A stretch of DNA of 32,466 nt from Octopus bimaculoides (lineage: Eukaryota), in contig NC_068993.1 in NCBI RefSeq assembly GCF_001194135.2, positions 46,206,110 through 46,238,575 on the forward strand. The letters are read 5' to 3'. The position numbers and the translations under genes were made by a program. The notes under the pieces were generated by a model that worked only from the letters and a program-made list of their open reading frames with translations, ran no database searches and was not told the DNA's origin. Of the stretch, positions 1 through 11,885 are shown one piece after another (within the stretch, counting starts at the first letter, position 1; every line of letters begins with the position of its first letter).

Positions 1-209
1 GGTTCGCGTAGTTGGGGCCAATTCTCGTCCCCATGGCCACTCCCGAAAACTGCTGGTAGATATCTCCCGCGAACGAGAAGCAGTTGAGAGATAGGACAAG
101 TTCGGCCAGACAAATGAGTGTGGAGGTGTCGGGTTGTGGGTTGGGGCGTTGGTCTAGAAAAAACTTCAGGGCACGCAGCCCCTCGTCGTGGGGGATCACT
201 GTATAGATG

Positions 210-211
<2 letters not shown>
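1..211 (-). mobile_element. Penelope-like element (PLE) reverse transcriptase fragment, running off the window's left edge
   Basis: Manual minus-strand translation with no stops: SIYTVIPHDEGLRALKFFLDQRPNPQPDTSTLICLAELVLSLNCFSFAGDIYQQFSGVAMGTRIGPNYAN. This matches the PLE RT motifs SLYTxIPH, ELVLxxNxFxF and QxxGxAMGxxxxPxYAN. It is absent from the ORF track because it has no start codon. Confidence 0.9.
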
Positions 212-244
<33 letters not shown>

Positions 245-268
245 TATATATATATATATATATATATA
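212..268. repeat. (CA)n(TA)n microsatellite
   Basis: Directly visible; abuts the PLE fragment. Confidence 0.95.
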
Positions 269-365
269 AATGTATATATATTCTAGCACAAATACTCGGC
301 CTTCTAAGGGAATAAAATGCCATACTTTTTTATTACATTTCTTGTTTCAGTAATATGGCAGCGGC

Positions 366-530
366 AATGCTGGAGCACCACCTTTGGTCGAAAAATAACG
401 ACCACAGGATTTATTCTTTTTAAGCCTAGGACTTACTTTATCAGTGTCTTTACTTGAACCGCTGAGTTATAAGAAAATAAACACAGCAACATCGATTGTA
501 GAGAAATGGTGGGGGTACAAACACAGACTC
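366..530 (-). mobile_element. SINE family B, 3' part (decayed)
   Basis: Similar to the copy at 20790-21155 (atgctggagcac..., gaaccgctgagttat..., aaacacagc..., acaaacacag). Confidence 0.7.
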
Positions 531-671
531 AGACACACACACACGCGCGCGCGCGCGCGAATATACACATATATACGACAGTCTCCTCTCTACACATACA
601 TATATATGCACATATATACAAACATACATATATAGATACGCAAGGATATAAATATATACATATATATACAT

Positions 672-717
<46 letters not shown>

Positions 718-800
718 ACATACATACATACATACATGCATACATGTATACATACATACATGCATGCATACATACATACATATACAAACATGTATAGAGA
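530..800. repeat. Compound (CA)/(CG)/(TA)/(TACA) microsatellite
   Basis: Directly visible; accounts for the HT/YI/CV-rich ORFs 444-832. Confidence 0.95.
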
Positions 801-925
801 TACATAATGAAACTAATTGAAATTGAAAGCATATAATAGTGAAAGTATTAATAGCGAAGAACTGCTAACAACATTAAAGTTAGTGATAGGATACAATCCC
901 TCCACCCACCGCAGCCCTTTATTAT

Positions 926-1309
926 CCTGCTAATTTCAATAGAAACTTTATATGTTGACTAATTAACTCAGCTAAAACTGAAATATGAATTATTAGCAAA
1001 TATATTTTAGATCATATTTAAAGCCAGTTAAATTGTGAATTAAATTTACAGATTTGGGAAGATAACAAGTCAGTGATTTATTGGTTCAAAGGGATTAGGC
1101 ATAAGCATAACTGCAAAGTTACGCAGTTTGGTATTGTCGATTTTTACTCATCAATATCTAGGCCTTTGCTTCTAAAAACATTAGATTTCGCCAAGCAGTA
1201 TGTGACCATCGATTGCTCGGAAATAGATATTATCCTGGATGCAAGGAAATCCCTTCTTTTTTACAATGATACTACCTGGGTCAAAAAGAATGAGGATTCT
1301 CTTTTCGAA
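926..1309 (+). mobile_element. Decayed PLE reverse transcriptase fragment (N-terminal RT motifs)
   Basis: One frame: PANFNRNFIC*LINSAKTEI*IISKYILDHI*SQLNCELNLQIWEDNKSVIYWFKGIRHKHNCKVTQFGIVDFYSSISRPLLLKTLDFAKQYVTIDCSEIDIILDARKSLLFYNDTTWVKKNEDSLFE. Matches the PLE pattern CRLINPAKxEIG...VIxWF...QFDIxDFYPSI...ARKSLLF...WVKK...LFD, with three in-frame stops. Confidence 0.85.
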
Positions 1310-1311
1310 TA

Positions 1312-1363
1312 CATCCACTGGTTTTCAAATTTTAATATTTCTATTTTTGAAAACCAGTGCATG
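1312..1363. mobile_element. 52-bp palindromic micro-MITE flanked by TA
   Basis: Perfect 14-bp inverted repeat cactggttttcaaa (1316-1329) / tttgaaaaccagtg (1346-1359), with TA at 1310-1311 and 1364-1365. Confidence 0.6.
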
Positions 1364-1386
1364 TATTCACTGAATATAGGTAAATA

Positions 1387-2012
1387 AACATTCGAACAAA
1401 CGGTCAGCAGCGACGCCTGCTGGGTTCGGCTACTCCACAAGGAAAAGGAGCAAATGCCCCGAAACTATTCTGTGGATGTTGAACCAGCAAGGGGAAGCTG
1501 CTGACCTTCCCTGTTCGAAGGTTGTAATGGACACAAGTTTGTTTACGAGTAAGTTATAGGTTTACTCATTGAATTCATTTGCGAATACTGTTTTTGTACA
1601 TAGGGAAAAAGTGTTTCTTTGTTGTAGTTTAATTAATAATGTTAGTGTTTAATCCTTCCTAGAATTAAGATTGAAAGTGGTGATATCTAAGGTATGATTG
1701 TTCCTAAACAATACCTATTTTACTGTTGTTGACACCGCTGGATTGAATGGTACTGCCAAGTTGTCGAAACCATAGTAATATCCGCTTGACAGCTGATGAT
1801 GGATGTATGTTGGATTGCTGGTGTGACTGCTATTGTATGTGTGGAATAGTTTTATAACACATCCATTTGATATATATATATATACAATTATATATATATG
1901 GGAGAATTTACGAAAAAAAAAACAACAGACGAAGACAGGTGGTGTAAACAACAAAATGATGTATTAGTTTAACGCTCGAGAATAGAAAAAGTCTTTAACG
2001 TTTCGAGCTATA
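1387..2012. repeat. Non-coding interspersed repeat (probably a PLE-associated terminal region) that starts with a long hairpin
   Basis: Hairpin 1391-1519 is visible. I recall the 1925-2010 segment (acaacagacgaagacaggtggtg...tctttaacgtttcgagc) as a common octopus repeat; not verified. Confidence 0.4.
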
Positions 2013-2124
2013 GTTATATATATATATCATATTTCTAAATCTCTCAGAGAGATTTAAGCAGTAGTGATGCGATAAAGTTGTTGTATATTGTCAACTTAAT
2101 GTGACAATCCCAATAGAGAGAGAG

Positions 2125-2150
2125 GCAAACAGAAAGACAGACAGACAGAA

Positions 2151-2203
<53 letters not shown>

Positions 2204-2320
2204 AACATACAGACGGGCAGATAGATATTATGAATGGTTATACACGCAGTTACACACTAATATATCTACCTGCAGAGATATATACATATAAATATGCAAA
2301 GAAACGGATTGACCGACAGG

Positions 2321-2376
<56 letters not shown>
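2125..2376. repeat. (GACA)n and (GATA)n tetranucleotide microsatellites
   Basis: Directly visible. Confidence 0.95.
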
Positions 2377-2377
<1 letters not shown>

Positions 2378-3279
2378 TGACTGATTGATTGCTATCGGCA
2401 AAATTTTTCATTTTCTTCTCTTCATCCAACCGTCTCTTTTTTTATTTAGTTGTGTTTCTTTTTTACGTATGTGTCTGACAAAGAACACGGACCCATTGTT
2501 TCCGACACAATGCAATTGTTGTAAAGGTGATCCACTTTCTTTTTCACTCACTACTTGTCGTCTCTGTGTATCCATCTAATTTGCTTTCTTCCGTTCCCAG
2601 CTTCTTCCTTTTCCCACCCCAATCTGACTACAATCCATTCTCTTATCTTTCAACACCTCAAGCAATCTCCACTTACCTTACTGTATTTCATTAAGTACAA
2701 CACTGCTTAAAGGTATCGTCCAAGCAATTATCGTATTAGTTTTACATCAGTGTCGATTTTGTACCATTCGTCGCGTTGCTTAGTCTCCTTTAATTTTCAT
2801 CGTAATTGACTGTCAAGTTTTATCACGAATAGATGTTTGTGCTATACAATTTCACTCTAGGCACATCTGTATTTTTCTATAACTTGTTCTACTCACATCT
2901 TTTAAACATATATCATTTCCCCCATCGTGTTTCTTTTTCTGTTCTGGTTACTCAGACTTAGACTATAAGGCATTTCAGACTCCATTTACCGGATGAAAAT
3001 ACTTCTTCTGTTTAGGGTACTATTAAAATATTTAACTATTGTCCACTGATGAGTTCCAAATTACTTAATATAATAATGTGTATTACTTTTGTTCAAATAC
3101 ATATTCTTTAATTGTAGACCTAAATATGGTATCTTGCGACAGAATCAGCTGTGTGGTTAAATTAAATAAATAATCCATATTACCATCAAAACCTGTTCCA
3201 TTTATTTGATGACAATTTTTGGACTCCACCTAATAAATTGAATCTTCCAAAGATTTATAGATAGAAAGAAAGATAGATG

Positions 3280-3311
<32 letters not shown>

Positions 3312-3409
3312 CATGCATATATACATACATACATATACATACGTCTTTTGCTTCTTGTAGTCAGCGGACTACATCCGTACCGGAACCTCGCACTAAACTG
3401 TTCAGTATT

Positions 3410-3655
3410 TCTTTATTAAAAGTCTGATATTTGATCAATCAGCGTTTTTCCGAACCATTAACTTGCGGGGTGTAAACAAATGAACACCTCGACTGTTGTA
3501 AAGTGGTGTTCAAGACAGAGACATAAAGGTTTACAACAGCGTCCGTCAACCAAATCACTCACATGGAATTGATTGGTCTTAGATGACACTTACCACTTAC
3601 CGTGCTGTGGGAGTGATACCGAGACCACGTCGTTACTTCTAACCACACAGCCATG
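3410..3655 (-). mobile_element. SINE family B, decayed copy
   Basis: Colinear similarity to 20790-21155 (ccgaacc..., gtaaac, aaatcactcac, gacactta, accacacagcc). Confidence 0.55.
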
Positions 3656-3719
3656 AAGGACTTTTGTCGAACACATCTATTCCTGCACGAATGTTGTTTT
3701 TGTTATTTTTTAAATTCTG

Positions 3720-3821
3720 TCCTTATACTATTGATCGTTTTTGCCGATCATTTAAGTTACGGGATCGCAAATAAACCAGCACCAGCTGTCAAGAGCTATG
3801 GAGTGACAACGACACAAACGG

Positions 3822-3822
<1 letters not shown>
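3720..3822 (-). mobile_element. SINE family B, 3' fragment
   Basis: tttttgccgatcatttaagttacggga...aaaccagcaccagctgtcaag resembles the family B body; followed by (CA)n. Confidence 0.55.
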
Positions 3823-3859
<37 letters not shown>

Positions 3860-4226
3860 TATACCTCAGTTCATCTAACTGTATGTATCTATCTTTTACT
3901 ATTACTTTTCATCAAAAACAAAACTCTTTATTTTTTTGATATCGAATGTGCATTTTCGCTTTTTATTCTTTACATACCCCATACCTTTTCCACGTGTAGT
4001 TTCTATTTTCTTTTTGAAACACACACACACNNNNNNNNNNNNNNNNNNNNNNNNNNNNNNNNNNNNNNNNNNNNNNNNNNNNNNNNNNNNNNNNNNNNNA
4101 TATACTGCATTTTAAGTCGAATCTCCAGCCGGTCAGCACGAGGACAATGTTAACTTTTTTTATTAAGGTATCTCTGGCCGGATGAGTAGCTAGCTGATAC
4201 CCACTCCTTTGGGTAATTACTATTTT

Positions 4227-4406
4227 GGGGGAGGAGGCCAGTCGATTACATCGACCCCAGTGCGCAACTTGTACTTCCTTTATCGACTCCGAAAGGATGA
4301 AAGGCAAAGTCGACCTCGGTGGAATTTGAACTCAGAACGTAAAGACAGACGAAATACCGCTAAGCATTTCGCCCGGCTGCTAACGTCTCTGCCAGATCGC
4401 CGCCTT
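4227..4406 (-). mobile_element. tRNA-derived SINE family A
   Basis: The minus-strand head has A-box-like tggcagagacgttag and B-box gagttcaaattcc. The body cgaaaggatgaaaggcaaagtcgacc is shared with copies at about 15.0, 15.8, 17.7 and 17.9 kb. Confidence 0.9.
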
Positions 4407-4959
4407 GGTGTAACTGATATTATTAGCACTTATGTCATCTTTGAAGTGCAAACCAAGATTCGTCGGCACTTAACCAATGGGAAAACGTACAACAGTTCTC
4501 CTACTATTCCTGCCACATAAGCATCGACAGGTGTACACTCAAACGTGCGGTCACATAAGCGAAATCATGTGATCACACACATATTTATAGATACACACCA
4601 CGCACTCACTCATTCATAATTATACATAGTGTAACAAAAAATTGCAAGATGATCTGAAGCCTTTCAACTGCAGATTTTATATCAGTCACACTATTAATAG
4701 AATGAAATTGATTTCGAATCTTTCCGTCGTCATATGGTTTACTACGCACCGAACATAGCTATGAGTATTTCTATGCCTCTAAACACTGTATACATAAGAA
4801 ATTGGAACTGAGTTTGGGCGTTGTTGTTTCGAAGACTGACGATTTGGCACGACTGATTGGAAATAATATATTTTGGTAACAATATATTTTGGCACAAGAT
4901 GCAAATGCACGTGGACGCACACAAAACCAAGGACATACAGAGATCAAGACTGGGATAGA

Positions 4960-4962
4960 GAT

Positions 4963-5052
<90 letters not shown>
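4960..5052. repeat. (GA)n microsatellite
   Basis: Directly visible. Confidence 0.97.
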
Positions 5053-5054
<2 letters not shown>

Positions 5055-5130
5055 GAAGAGGCGGAGAGAGTGAGACAAGCATTAAAATGCTTGAGACGAA
5101 ATATTCAACGTCGAATCAGCGATGACATAT

Positions 5131-5582
5131 AGGCGGCACCATGAATACTGTTGTCCACTGTGGTTTCTCCACACGAAACAAAGTATCATGAAAATTGAAG
5201 GAGCTCAAAGGTCAATTATGAAAAAAGATAGATGGCATGACAGGCCTTGACTATCGGAGTCGATTAGAAAAACTCAAGCATAGCAACAATAGGGCTCAAT
5301 TATTTCATCTCAATTGGTCTTGTTCTCTTTAAAATTTCACCAAAACACATTAAAGCAGAAACAGCCCGCATGAAGTTCAAGAGGTCTTTGGACAAATTCC
5401 TTCAAAAAATCCCGGATGAACCTCCTACACCCGGACATGTCCCCGGAAACAATAAATCTCTCCTCGAGTAGGCCATGTTGTGCGATTCCTTATTTGAATG
5501 ACTTCACCGGGTGTTATTATTAAGCTAGACATGGCCTGGGTTAATACTAGCCGAAACCCGAAACCTATCAAAATATCAAAGT
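5131..5582 (+). mobile_element. CR1/L2-group LINE 3' end (RT C-terminus plus 3' UTR), internally deleted
   Basis: RRHHEYCCPLWFLHTKQSIMKIEGAQRSIMKKIDGMTGLDYRSRLEKLK, then after a deletion or shift SIGLVLFKISPKHIKAETARMKFKRSLDKFLQKIPDEPPTPGHVPGNNKSLLE*. These match the CR1-group motifs LEYCxxLWxP...IExxQR...LDYWxRL and FKxxLDxFLxxIPDEP. The element ends in short tandem repeats ccgaaac x2 and tatcaaa x2. Confidence 0.85.
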
Positions 5583-5724
5583 ATATATATATATATACAT
5601 AAACATTAAATTAAACAGAGAGATTCAATTGACAATCTAATAGATGTACCAGTGAACTGGATGTTTTACACGCACCTCTGCTGAAGGAATTCCTTTCCTT
5701 AGTCTGTTATATGTAAATATATAT

Positions 5725-5791
5725 ATATTTGCTACTACCACCGAGATCTGCACCCGCGGTCGGCTTCATCCAGGCTCCCGCCCGCGGCTTC
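5725..5791 (-). pseudogene. Approximately 67-bp 28S (LSU) rRNA fragment
   Basis: Minus strand reads GAAGCCGCGGGCGGGAGCCTGGATGAAGCCGACCGCGGGTGCAGATCTCGGTGGTAGTAGCAAATAT. This contains the conserved eukaryotic LSU segment GGTGCAGATCTTGGTGGTAGTAGCAAATAT with one mismatch. No other rDNA in the window. Confidence 0.85.
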
Positions 5792-6549
5792 CATGATAAA
5801 CTGAGCGACGTCAAAGTCAAGAACAAATGGTAGTACATACAATGAACACAAACAAGCTCAATCCTTCATCAGTTGTCAACAATATTTCCTCGCAATATCG
5901 AAGTCTGTATTTATATACAAGTGTGATTGTGCGTGTTTGTACACATTTATACACACATATACACACGTACATATACTCACACGCATATATACATATTTAC
6001 ATGCGCGCATACATACAAGCACGCACACACAGCTACATTGATACAGAGACAAATAATAAGTATTAATCCATACAAAAAAATCATCTCAACAGCAAGACAT
6101 GTTGGCAACATCGTCATTAAGCAAGCAGTTCACCTTTGCCGAAATCTATATATCTTCCTGTAGCTAAGCGACGCATTAGTTAGTAGAGCTATAGTAGTGA
6201 CCGCTGCAGTAGTATTAATAACGCTGGGAGTAATTTTTTGCGTTTGTTTGCATAACTATTTTGTTGTTGCTACTGGTCTTGTGAATTTATGATAAAATGT
6301 TGTGTCCATAATACGTATATATTCCTATACTTCCCGATATAGTGATCTATTCTAATGAAAGATATAGGAATCATCCATCAAATTTCTTTGTTCGATAAAG
6401 TATTAAATACCTCGCATATCCGTGTCCACAACAGTAGATTTCAAATTTGCTAATACATAATCATTGTGTATATCTACATTTAGTCATATCTGCACAAGCT
6501 CACACACACACACATGCGCGTGCACCGTACATATATAAATGTACAGAAA

Positions 6550-6671
6550 ATTAATGTAGACAACAGTTAGCACTGTTTCACCAAAATGGAAAGCTACAAT
6601 CGTCACTAAATATGACTAGGGTGTTAGAAAAACTTATATTGCTAGACGTAAGGGCTAAATAGCTCTAATGC

Positions 6672-6690
<19 letters not shown>
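6550..6690 (+). mobile_element. Partial copy (left arm) of the long-TIR element at 30329-30598
   Basis: 6550-6643 matches the reverse complement of 30505-30598 with 16 mismatches in 94 bp by manual alignment. It then continues with weaker similarity to 30359 onward. Confidence 0.7.
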
Positions 6691-6704
<14 letters not shown>

Positions 6705-7245
6705 TTGTATGTGTGTGTGTGTGNNNNNNNNNNNNNNNNNNNNNNNNNNNNNNNNNNNNNNNNNNNNNNNNNNNNNNNNNNNNNNNNNNNNNNNNNNNNN
6801 NNNNNNNNNNNNNNNNNNNNNNNNNNNNNNNNNNNNNNNNNNNNNNNNNNNNNNNNNNNNNNNNNNNNNNNNNNNNNNNNNNNNNNNNNNNNNNNNNNNN
6901 NNNNNNNNNNNNNNNNNNNNNNNNNNNNNNNNGGGAAGCCATTGCGTTCATTTCCCGTTGCTCCACTTTACCTAGCTGTTAAAGAATTTCAGCAATAGCT
7001 GGACAGTTACGCCATCTTCGTACCGGCGTTTGATACCATCCATTGAAACCACTTTAATCTCTGGCCTGATGAGTTCTGAAGCTCATGACAGACCTGACAC
7101 ACGTACACACATACATACACACGCACACACACACACACACAGACACACACACACACACACCCACACAAACAAACACACACACACACACACACACATACAC
7201 ACATACAAATCGTCATCCAAAATGGACAATGCCATTTCTCCATGT

Positions 7246-7385
7246 GATCGGCTTGACATATTATTAAGTTATGAAAATAATCTTCTTAACATGAAATCAA
7301 TGTTTTACAAAACTACAGACGCCAAACAAGATCTACTATTTAATTCATGCCACCCAAGATAGACCAAAACAAGCACCCGATTCAA
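7246..7385 (+). mobile_element. Decayed PLE RT C-terminal (thumb) fragment
   Basis: [44 protein letters not shown] resembles the PLE pattern FLDI...IYxKPTDxKQYLxFxSCHPxHTKxxIPF. Confidence 0.75.
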
Positions 7386-7664
7386 ACACCCGATAACATT
7401 TACTACCTCCCCTTGTTTAGCGGTCATTCTAATAGCTCCTTTGTCGTAATAACAGTCAATCACGCAGTAATTTCCCTTTGTATAACAGTCACTTTCATAG
7501 CACTTTTTTTATGGTCCGATAATTGAAGAGATGCCGGCAGGGGTCTCCGACCCGACATCCAAAACACGGAGTTTTATCATGGCTACTGAATAATTGTCAC
7601 ATATTATATATAGCAAAATAGCATTAGGGCTATATACAGACGCACAAAAACAAGTATGCTCATA

Positions 7665-7695
<31 letters not shown>

Positions 7696-7700
<5 letters not shown>

Positions 7701-7779
7701 CAAATCGTCATCCAAAATGGACAATGCCATTTCTCCATGTGATCGGCTTGACATATTATTAAGTTATGAAAATAATCTT
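7696..7779 (+). repeat. Exact 84-bp direct duplicate of 7201-7284
   Basis: Identical sequence acatacaaatcgtcatcc...gaaaataatctt; both copies follow a dinucleotide microsatellite. Confidence 0.95.
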
Positions 7780-7809
7780 TAGAGAGACTTAGAAATATTA
7801 ATAACTCTC

Positions 7810-7870
<61 letters not shown>

Positions 7871-8469
7871 ATGTATATGCTGCAACACTGCTCTGTACTG
7901 AGTATACTCATTGCTTGTGAATAAGCAACAAATCAACGATTACTCTATTTTAGAGCGTCTACAGTATGTTTCTTCTCGGGTAAATGCAATGCAAAATTAT
8001 GATAAGTTTTAATCGTTTACACCACTAATAGTAAGAGAACACTAATTATTTGGTTTGCAAAAATATGTTGTTCCAGGTGAGAAATTTTCATTATTAATTT
8101 GTTTTGATATATAAGTGATCATAAATGGCTGACGAGACGAACCTTAGGTAGAGAAACTAGATTACATGTTGGTTATTTGAAGGCATTATTAACATCTAAA
8201 TTTTTCTTTTCCATCAATTGTGTCTTATTGTTGCAAGCTCGATGAGATACTCCTGAAATATCCGGTAGCACTAAGTATACTTTGTTTCATGATAAGCTGT
8301 AAATAGTATTTTTTGTACATTCCTTCCTAGAAAATATCTATTTTTTGGATTAAACTTAAGATAGTCATTATGTTTCAAACGCGGTTTCCATACAGAATTT
8401 TCCTAGAACAAATTTCCCCATACATTAGATCTCTTTGGAATTCTTCCATCGTTCATACTACCTATATCC

Positions 8470-8494
8470 CATATATATATTGATATATATATAC

Positions 8495-8568
<74 letters not shown>

Positions 8569-8712
8569 NNNNNNNNNNNNNNNNNNNNNNNNNNNNNNNN
8601 NNNNNNNNNNNNNNNNNNNNNNNNNNNNNNNNNNNNNNNNNNNNNNNNNNNNNNNNNNNNNNNNNNNNNNNNNNNNNNNNNNNNNNNNNNNNNNNNNNNN
8701 NNNNNNNNNNNN

Positions 8713-8759
<47 letters not shown>

Positions 8760-8852
8760 GTTTATATTTATATATGTATATATGTATATGTGTGTGTGTG
8801 TGTGTGTTTATATATATATGAATGTATGTATATATTTATATATATATGAATG

Positions 8853-8913
<61 letters not shown>

Positions 8914-9170
8914 ATATATACATACCTACATACATATATATAGAGCATATATAAATATATATATATATTTATACATATATATCTGTATATATGTACATGT
9001 ATACTTATATATACAGTATATAGATGTGCGTGTCTGTATATATATATATATATATATACACAAAGATATATAAATATATATCAATACAAGGGTAAAACCT
9101 ACCTCAAACGCATGCAATCACATACATACATACATACACAGATGCATACATATATATCTATATACATGAT
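8470..9170. repeat. Compound (TA)/(TG)/(TACA) microsatellite tract containing the N-gap 8569-8712
   Basis: Directly visible. Confidence 0.95.
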
Positions 9171-9537
9171 ATTTATGATATTTTCGTATGATTCTCATTA
9201 ATATTTCATTATATCCAAATGACGTGCTGTCACGCATGTATAACATCTCACACAAGATGCTAAGTTGTTCCATTTTCAATCACTCGTTTCCTGGAATATT
9301 TTTCCACGTTTTTTTTTCAACATTTATGTGTATACATTGCAAAAAAAAAAAGGTATTATCTAAGAACATATTTACAGTTATAATATTTATGCGTATATAT
9401 GTCTATATCTGTATTCGTGTGCGTTTGTGTGTGGGGGGGAGTGTGCATGCGTGAGTATCAGTTTATAAAATAAAAAGAAAAGAAATTAGAAACAATCCTG
9501 TACACACATGCACCCCCACACACATATACATACATTC

Positions 9538-9606
<69 letters not shown>

Positions 9607-10199
9607 TACATAATTTTCACTGTAAATTCCTATATCTTCATTTCGCGTTCTATTTTTATTCTTCTTCATTTCCCAACCCATTCTCCGAATTTTTTTGTTC
9701 CATGAGGGACACTTGATAATTTGGGATAAAATTCTGAAATGTTTTCATATATTTAATCGTTTTTAAGGTTGATCCTAAGAATCTCACTTATGCTTGCGTC
9801 GAATATAGTTAATGTTCGTTAACAAAAGTTTATCTCATTTGTTAGCATTTATTGTTGATATTTTATTAAAATACATAAAATACAATAAGTATCTATTTCT
9901 TCAGAAATGCTCGGTCGGTTGGTCTGCTAGAAATTGCAGGCTAATCTATCTTTCACAACAGCTTACATCCCTCCATAAGAAATGAAATCTGAATAATAGT
10001 AGTCATGGATAAAGATTTGCCGGTCATCGTAATGTTCTTCAGTGTAGAGCTTTGTCACAGGTTTCAAGTGCGTTTAAAGTCGCACAGCATAAACGTATAG
10101 TTTGTCCCCTGTTGTCCCTGTTCGTGGGGCTGTGGTGAGTGCTCATGCGTCTTTTTGTTTGAACTTTTCTGTAGGCCTTCTGATAAATTCTCGCTTTTT

Positions 10200-10686
10200 A
10201 GAAAGCGAAACGACCCAAGTTACACGACGAAAACAGTGAAGTATGGGGGTGAGAGGGTGATGCTTTAGGGATACATAAAACGTGATGGTTCATGAAATTT
10301 GATTAAAATGGACGGTAACTCGAATAGTGTCAAATACATCCAGTTGCTGAAGGGCAATTTGGTACCAAATCTTGGATTAAGATGAAATTTTTCAACATAA
10401 CGGAGCTCCATGCCACAGATCGCGTGCAACACAACAGAGTTTGGCTGATGAAGGGGTTACCGTATCGAAAGATTAGCCAGTTCAAAGCCCTGGATTAAAT
10501 ATCATCGAGCAAATGTGAATAGAACTAAAGAGAAGTGTTCGTCAGAAGAATCCACGCAATCTTGAAAAATTGTGGGTGCTCGGCCACCAAGAATGGCATC
10601 TCATAGCTGTGAAGTTGGTGAAGGATTTGTACGTATCTCTTTCCAGTCGCAATGAAGCAATTATTCAAGCTAAGGGAAGCCACACA
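10200..10686 (+). mobile_element. Tc1 (DD34E-type) transposase C-terminal half, pseudogenised
   Basis: RKRNDPSYTTKTVKYGGERVML*GYI...KYIQLLKGNLVP; after a frameshift IFQHNGAPCHRSRAT...KD*PVQSPGLNIIEQM*IELKRSVRQKNPRNLEKLW...DLYVSLSSRNEAIIQAKGSHT. Matches the Tc1 motifs TVKHGGGSVMVWG, FQQDNAPCH, WPxQSPDLNPIE and AVIxAKGGHT. No TIRs found. Confidence 0.92.
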
Positions 10687-11794
10687 TACATACACTTAGC
10701 TACTTTTATCTCTAGTTCTATCCTGGACAGGACAAATTGATTTCAAGGTCCCTACTACTGGTTCACCAGTCTGTTAACTAATGAGAGTGAAAGAACTTTA
10801 TTTCTCATTAGAAATTCCTTCTAGGAGAAGGTACACTCGTATAAATATCCCGAAGTGCAGGTAGCTGGATGCTGGTCGTCTCAGTCTCTACTGTGCCACT
10901 GGTTTTACAATTCTTTGCGCTGAAAAGTGGTATCACTACTGAGTCACATTTTATCCATTCAAAACAAATTCACGCTCAGAACTCTCGGAATGTTTGTACA
11001 TACATACTGAATTTAAAAGATATCTTGCTCTGCCATAAGTTGATTTCGAGCAAGCATGAATGCTTAGTTATTTGTCAAAATACATTAAGAAAATTATTTT
11101 ATAAAGAGATAGCTTAGGAAGAGATCTATAAAACTTCAATCCACAGGTTGTCTAACAATTGACAAAAAAGAAAAAACATATCAAACAGTGTGAACACTTT
11201 ATTAATAGAAATGGCATGATAGTTACGAAACCACGCTTCTGCGATCTATAAAGTTTTTATAAATTATCCAGCTAGAACTATGTGTATCCCCGGTTAGAAA
11301 TTGGATAATGGAAATGTATGCTGATTCCATCCAGATTAAAATATACCAAGAAAGTCAAATGACGAAATATTAAAATTTGGTATTCTAAAACATGTAGCTG
11401 CGAAAGTGCTCCATTAAACTTAATGTATTTTGACGAATAACTTAACATTTACAGTCTTAAATATTGCTTTCACAATGTTTGCTGATGCACTTTGGTGAAT
11501 TTACGGCCACTGATTATGGGTGAGCCGAATATTTATGAAGCTTCGCCAAATTTTAATACCTCGTGACTTGACTGTCGCGAGTACATTTAATCTGACTTCA
11601 GTAAAATTCTGACTTCAGGATTCGCTTCTGACTAATGACGCAACTAGGTGAATTGCTTGCAAAGCCGAGCAGACAATAGAAATGCAGTTTCGTGTTGCAG
11701 AAATATTTATATCGTAGCTGATATATTTGAACCTTCGAAATGTTCTTCATGAAGATATCTCATAAAAGTTGACTAATACCATTATCACATCGGA

Positions 11795-11797
<3 letters not shown>

Positions 11798-11851
<54 letters not shown>

Positions 11852-11885
11852 CGGTATCTATATATACATACATATATATATATAT
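11798..11885. repeat. (TA)n microsatellite
   Basis: Directly visible. Confidence 0.95.

Noticed and set aside
530-560. (CA)n(CG)n alternating purine-pyrimidine tract with Z-DNA potential (also about 17350 and 27910)
   Set aside because: Common in this microsatellite-rich background; nothing points to a function.
1762-1806. Possible type II hammerhead (GAAACcataGTA ... CTGATGA) near PLE debris
   Set aside because: The segments that should form stems I and II do not pair.
1985-2012. Minus-strand ctcgaaacgtt resembling the 3' half of a PLE hammerhead
   Set aside because: The CTGANGA half is missing and replaced by AT-rich sequence.
7060-7100. ctgatgagttctgaagctcatgaca, hammerhead-like
   Set aside because: GAAA is absent (GACA), and the hairpin atgag/ctcat would sequester the core.
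10266-10518. Three conserved Trp codons of the Tc1 relic changed G-to-A to stops, plus catalytic D-to-N, suggesting directed hypermutation
   Set aside because: Ascertainment bias: transitions at TGG are the commonest route to a stop, and I can only score conserved sites without a consensus.
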